Positions 60,080 to 64,000 of a stretch of 64,000 nucleotides of DNA are shown one piece after another. The translations under genes and the position numbers were made by a program. The stretch covers positions 137,208,001 through 137,272,000 of the forward strand of contig CM059432.1 in assembly GCA_030390025.1 (NCBI GenBank), given 5' to 3'. Every line of letters begins with the position of its first letter. Positions within the stretch are counted from its first letter, which is position 1. A model generated the notes under the pieces. The model was not told the origin of the DNA and made no database searches. It was given only the letters and a program-made list of their open reading frames with translations. Source of the stretch: Squalus acanthias. Its lineage: Eukaryota.

Positions 60080-62045
60080 CTACTTGTGCATTATTTTTCT
60101 TTTATGCGTGCTCCTACGTGGTGCTTCCCCTGTGGCTTCAGCAGATGTGGAGGCCCCTTGCTCACTTTCTTGCTGCTCCTGCCTCGACACCTTTGGCGGG
60201 CGTCCTCTGGTGTTGCGAGCCTGTGAGGGCTCGGCAACAGTCTGCTGCTCCTGCGGCTGTGCAGGGGTTGAGACGCCAATCTCAGTTGGGTGAGGACTCT
60301 GGTGGGGCTCTGACCGAGGGCTTTCCAGTGGCTTGGTCGTGTGAGCGCTTGGAGAGGAGCCCCCACTTCCTTGTCGTCTGCCACCAACATCCCTCTCATG
60401 GGTCAGCCCCACCTCGGCACTTGCAAGTGGATTGAGAGCACCTTGCTGCACATCAGGGGGGCCATGGGGACCCGTATCTGCACTGGAAGTCCTACTCAGA
60501 AGGACTACCATGAAGGTCTGGTTTCTGTGTTCAATAGATGACCATCGCTCCTCAAGAGATGCCAGTCTATTCTGAACAATGACCATGTTTTCTACACTCT
60601 GGCGACTTATCTCCTCCATAGCCATAGCCATCCTCTCCTCTACTGTAGCCATCCTTTCCATGGAGGTTATCATCCTTTCCGTGCTGATGCGTTCATGCAC
60701 CAATGACTCCACAAAGGCTCTGCTCATGTTCGCTATGGACTCTTCCATTCACTCCGCACTCGCAGCGACCTTGGAGACAAAACCTGCCAGAGACTCCTGC
60801 ATCTGTTCCTGGAGTTCCAGCACCGCTGATCTTATGGATGGACCCAGAGGCAGAGGGTCGACTTGCAGCTGAGCCGAGCTAGGAGAGTCCTGCACCCTCC
60901 GACTAGGACTCTCCACTGCTGTCCCTGTCTTCACTATCTGCTGATGCTCACTTGTGAGCTGTGATACACCAGGTGACAACACTACTCTATCTCGCGATGT
61001 TCCCTCCGAGGTGTGAGTGCCTGCGCTGGTGCTGGGTGCGCTGAATTCTGCTGACGCGGCGCCCTCAGAGGTTGCAGCTTCCTCTGAGGAGTGGTGAGGC
61101 TCCTGCTCTTCCTCCTGGACGGTGGGGACGGCTGCTCGCGATGGTCCTGGGGTGGAGTAAAGGAAAGAGTCAGAGATGTGAGTCCAAGGTTACATGCACA
61201 TTGCATATTGCAGATGATCATAAGTCAGCCTGCTGGAGCATCAGAATCATTATCAGTGACTCATGCAATGTCAATGAGAGAGATGATAAACTATTCTGTC
61301 ACCAGCTTGCTCTGATGCACCCATCTGTCCGTCCCCCACTTGCGCATCCTCCTCCACTCCCATGATCTCCAGGACCGCCTCCTCCCAGGTGGTGAGCTGG
61401 GCTACTGAGGGTGGCCCTCCTCCTGTCCTAGCTCTTTCCCTCTTATTGTGAGCTCTCTTTTCCTGCAATGAGGAAGACAAGTAGAGTTTGAGTGAGAATG
61501 AAGGAGTGAGTGTAGAGAATCTATATCATTGATGGTTAGAAGGAGACAAATTCGGAGTAAGGTGGCAAGACCATGGGCCCTCCCTGTGTGTTGTAAGTTG
61601 TTTTCATAGCATCACAGCGATAGGGAGTGCGAGGGCTGCATAGTCGAATAGTTAGGTGAATGTGACCATACAGAGAGAGGGAATGGGTAAGGGTGCAGGG
61701 ATGTCAGTGTCAAGTGGGATGTGGAGGAAGAGGTTGTCAAAGCTGAGTGCTGGTGAGGAGAGGCAATGGGGATCAGATTGAGGGTGATGGGAAATTCATA
61801 CTCACTTTTCCAGTGCGCAGCAGGTCATGAAACCTCTTCCTGCACTGAAGCCAGGTTCTGCGGGTTATGGACAGCGAGTTGACCTCCTCAGCCACCTGGA
61901 TCCACACAGCCTTGGTTTGATGGAAAGGCTTCTTCCTCCCTGAAGAAGGGAAGAGCACCTCCTTATTAGCTCTGGCTCCCTCAATTAAAGCTTGCAGGGC
62001 GACGTCATCAAATCGAGGTGCAGACCGAGGTCTCTAGCTGGCCAT
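60080..62045 (-). pseudogene. Three-exon Harbinger Myb/SANT DNA-binding protein gene (about 488 aa) with two nonsense codons
   Basis: Exons 62045-61806, 61462-61303 and 61146-60080 with GT-AG introns keep frame; APRFDDVALQALIEG..VLFP..VWIQVAEEVNS..RTWLQCRKRFHDL..EKRAHNKRERARTGGGP; stops TAG at codon 4 and TGA at 60751-60749. Confidence 0.85.
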
Positions 62046-62659
62046 TCTTCCTGCAGGTGCCTCTAACATGCAAAGGCAGAAGCTTGGCAGTCTGCAGAGG
62101 AAGCAAGGCTTGTTGCAGACCTTAAATGCTGCAGCAATGATGACGTCATCGAAGCGACTTTCAGACTGGAAAAACTCACTGGCCATGGGTTCCCACACGT
62201 TGGAACTCAATTGGCCAATTATGTTAAAATCGCATCAATCTCCCACATCGATTTAGATTCGGGTGGCTAACACGAAATGCGGATTACACGACCCCAGCCC
62301 GCCCCTGAATCAAAATCCAGCCCCTTGTCTCTGTGTCCTCTGGTTACCGGCCCTCTGGCAGTGGAAAGAGTTTCTCCTTATTCACTCTATCAAAACCGTT
62401 CATAATCCTGAACGCCTCTATTAAATCTCCCCTTAACCTTCTCTGTTCTAAGCAGAACAACCCCAACTTCTCTCGTCTCTCCACATAACTGAAGTCCCTC
62501 ATCCCTGGTATCATCCTAGTAAATCTCCTCATCCCTAGGTGCCCTTCCAGTTTTGGGGAAGGAAAACAATGTCCCCTGCCTCATTAGTATGGCTGCACTC
62601 CATGGCTCCTCGAGGAAAGACCCAGAAATCCCGGACTGCATAATGGGGATGGAGACCCA

Positions 62660-63058
62660 GGCTTAGAAATTGGCCCACTTACCAGCATGAGTTTTCGCCG
62701 CGATCTGGTCAAAAAATGGCAACCGCCACTCTAGCGGCCTTCTCTGGTGCGGGACTCGGCGGCCGCCATTTTGGTGAGGGCCTTAGCGCTGCCGTAAATT
62801 AAGAGAGGGTGACTTCGTCACCTCAGCAAACTTGGACCTTAGCGTAGAGTTCAGCACTGGGTCCGAAGCTCACCATGAAAACCCAGCATTCAGCAGACTG
62901 ACAGAGACGCTGTCAGCACCTCTTAAAGGGACACACACATCTTTCAGGTAAGTTTGCATTTAAGCTTCGGACTGGATTTAAAAAAAAATTATTGAAGTAG
63001 TGGCTTGGTGCAATGCATGTTAAAAGTTTTTTAAGTGTGCAGGGAGTACAGAGAGTGC
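62660..63058. mobile_element. Left part of a Harbinger-type element related to 7552-8491
   Basis: TIR-like GGCTTAGAAATT; shares TTAAAGGGACACACACATCTTTCAGGTAAGTTTGCATT with about 7824-7861. Confidence 0.7.
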
Positions 63059-64000
63059 TGTAAGGGTTGGTGTGGTCGGGTCAGCTTCATCTCTGACTCA
63101 GTGAGCGGTTCGAATCACTCCCACGCCCCTGGTTCTAGACCTTGGACTTATTTAGGGGTTGTGAACAAAGATGCAGTAGACAACAGGTTCTGATGAAAGA
63201 ATTTTGACTTTATTAAAAAAAAAGGTAACAAACTTAAAACACACTTAATGCTTAAACACAGGTTGGGGAACACACGGTACAGGCGAGGGAGAATTTCAAT
63301 ATACAAAACCCTTGTCCCTCCCAATCCACTGCCTAGCTAGGTTTAATTCCAGAGGATCAGGGATAATGCTCACCAAATGACAGTTCTTGACAGTTGAGAG
63401 TTAGGGTTTAGAGTCTTTTGAGTAAAAGGTTTCGTAAGGCGCTTGTTGCCGCGAGGTGTCCGCTGGTCACTGAGGCGGTCGCTCTGGTCTCTTGAACTGC
63501 TGGCCTTCTTTGTTGTACTTCTTTCTGTTGAACTCTGCCTCTGTTTGAACTGTCTTCTTCCGAGCTGTGGAACTGCCTTCTTGCAGAACTGTGGAACTCC
63601 TTGCTGCTCCTTCCTTGCTTCTCCTGAACTCTGTAACTCCAGCCCTGACTTCTGCTGAAAACAGGCTTTTCGATTGAACTGCAGAACTGCCTTCTGTTGA
63701 ACTTGAACTCATTGTTACTGTTTGATGGGCCTTCAATTATACTAAATTGAAGTGGCCTTATCTACCCCAAATCAATTCCCGGTCATTGTAAGACCTCGTT
63801 AACAGTAACGACTTTACTAGCGTGTTAACTGGTTTTGTAAATGTGTGAAGTGGTTTCCGGATAGCTCCATCCTGTCGATCTGTTGTTTAATCGGAGTTTG
63901 AATTGTCCTCATGTTTTGGGTTTCTTGACTGGGCCTAGGACTTCTATCTTTATGCATGTCTTTAATGGATTCTGTAATCGGTTTGATGGGACCTGTTGTT
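63059..64000 (-). mobile_element. LTR of the same family as 54905-56056, running off the window
   Basis: Starts TGTAAGGG; long colinear matches to 54905-55230 and 55597-55820. Confidence 0.9.

Larger units (their letters stand above)
59070..62323. mobile_element. PIF/Harbinger element (3254 bp) with a Myb/SANT gene and a core-deleted transposase
   Basis: TIRs GGGCAGAATTTT / AAAATCCAGCCC; perfect TSD CTT; two convergent coding regions. Confidence 0.9.
58803..62532 (-). mobile_element. CR1 3' fragment split by the 59070-62323 Harbinger element
   Basis: FTRMIPGMRDFSY..LEQRRLRGDLIE (62344-62532) continues as FFTQRVIMIWNALP (58874-59062). Confidence 0.85.

Overview
This is a repeat-dense eukaryotic window, most likely from a cartilaginous fish (inferred from the DeuSINE/SacSINE1-type SINEs and the mix of CR1, L2, RTE and Penelope elements). 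I could not identify a host protein-coding gene; it looks like a large intron or gene desert. Almost all ORFs are sense or antisense frames of decayed transposons. Elements present: CR1 LINEs (one of about 3.4 kb with ORF1 esterase, APE and RT remnants), L2, a second CR1-group LINE family, a 5'-inverted RTE, Penelope-like elements (GIY-YIG endonuclease plus minimal hammerhead ribozyme motifs), TG...CA solo LTRs with 4-bp TSDs, hAT and pogo/Tigger-like MITEs, and about 15 PIF/Harbinger-type elements (12-bp GG-starting TIRs, 3-bp TSDs), often nested several deep. Most notable: (1) a 203-bp TSD-flanked palindromic element with two oppositely oriented hammerhead motifs; (2) a Harbinger MITE family whose internal hairpins are conserved in structure but not sequence, and which carries promoter-like motifs followed by three GTAAGT donor-like sites; (3) Harbinger derivatives that lose the transposase core, one keeping a nearly intact three-exon Myb/SANT gene; (4) several homeobox/Sox/Meis-motif-rich unique segments that look like conserved enhancers. 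Coordinates were read by eye; LINE fragment edges are approximate.
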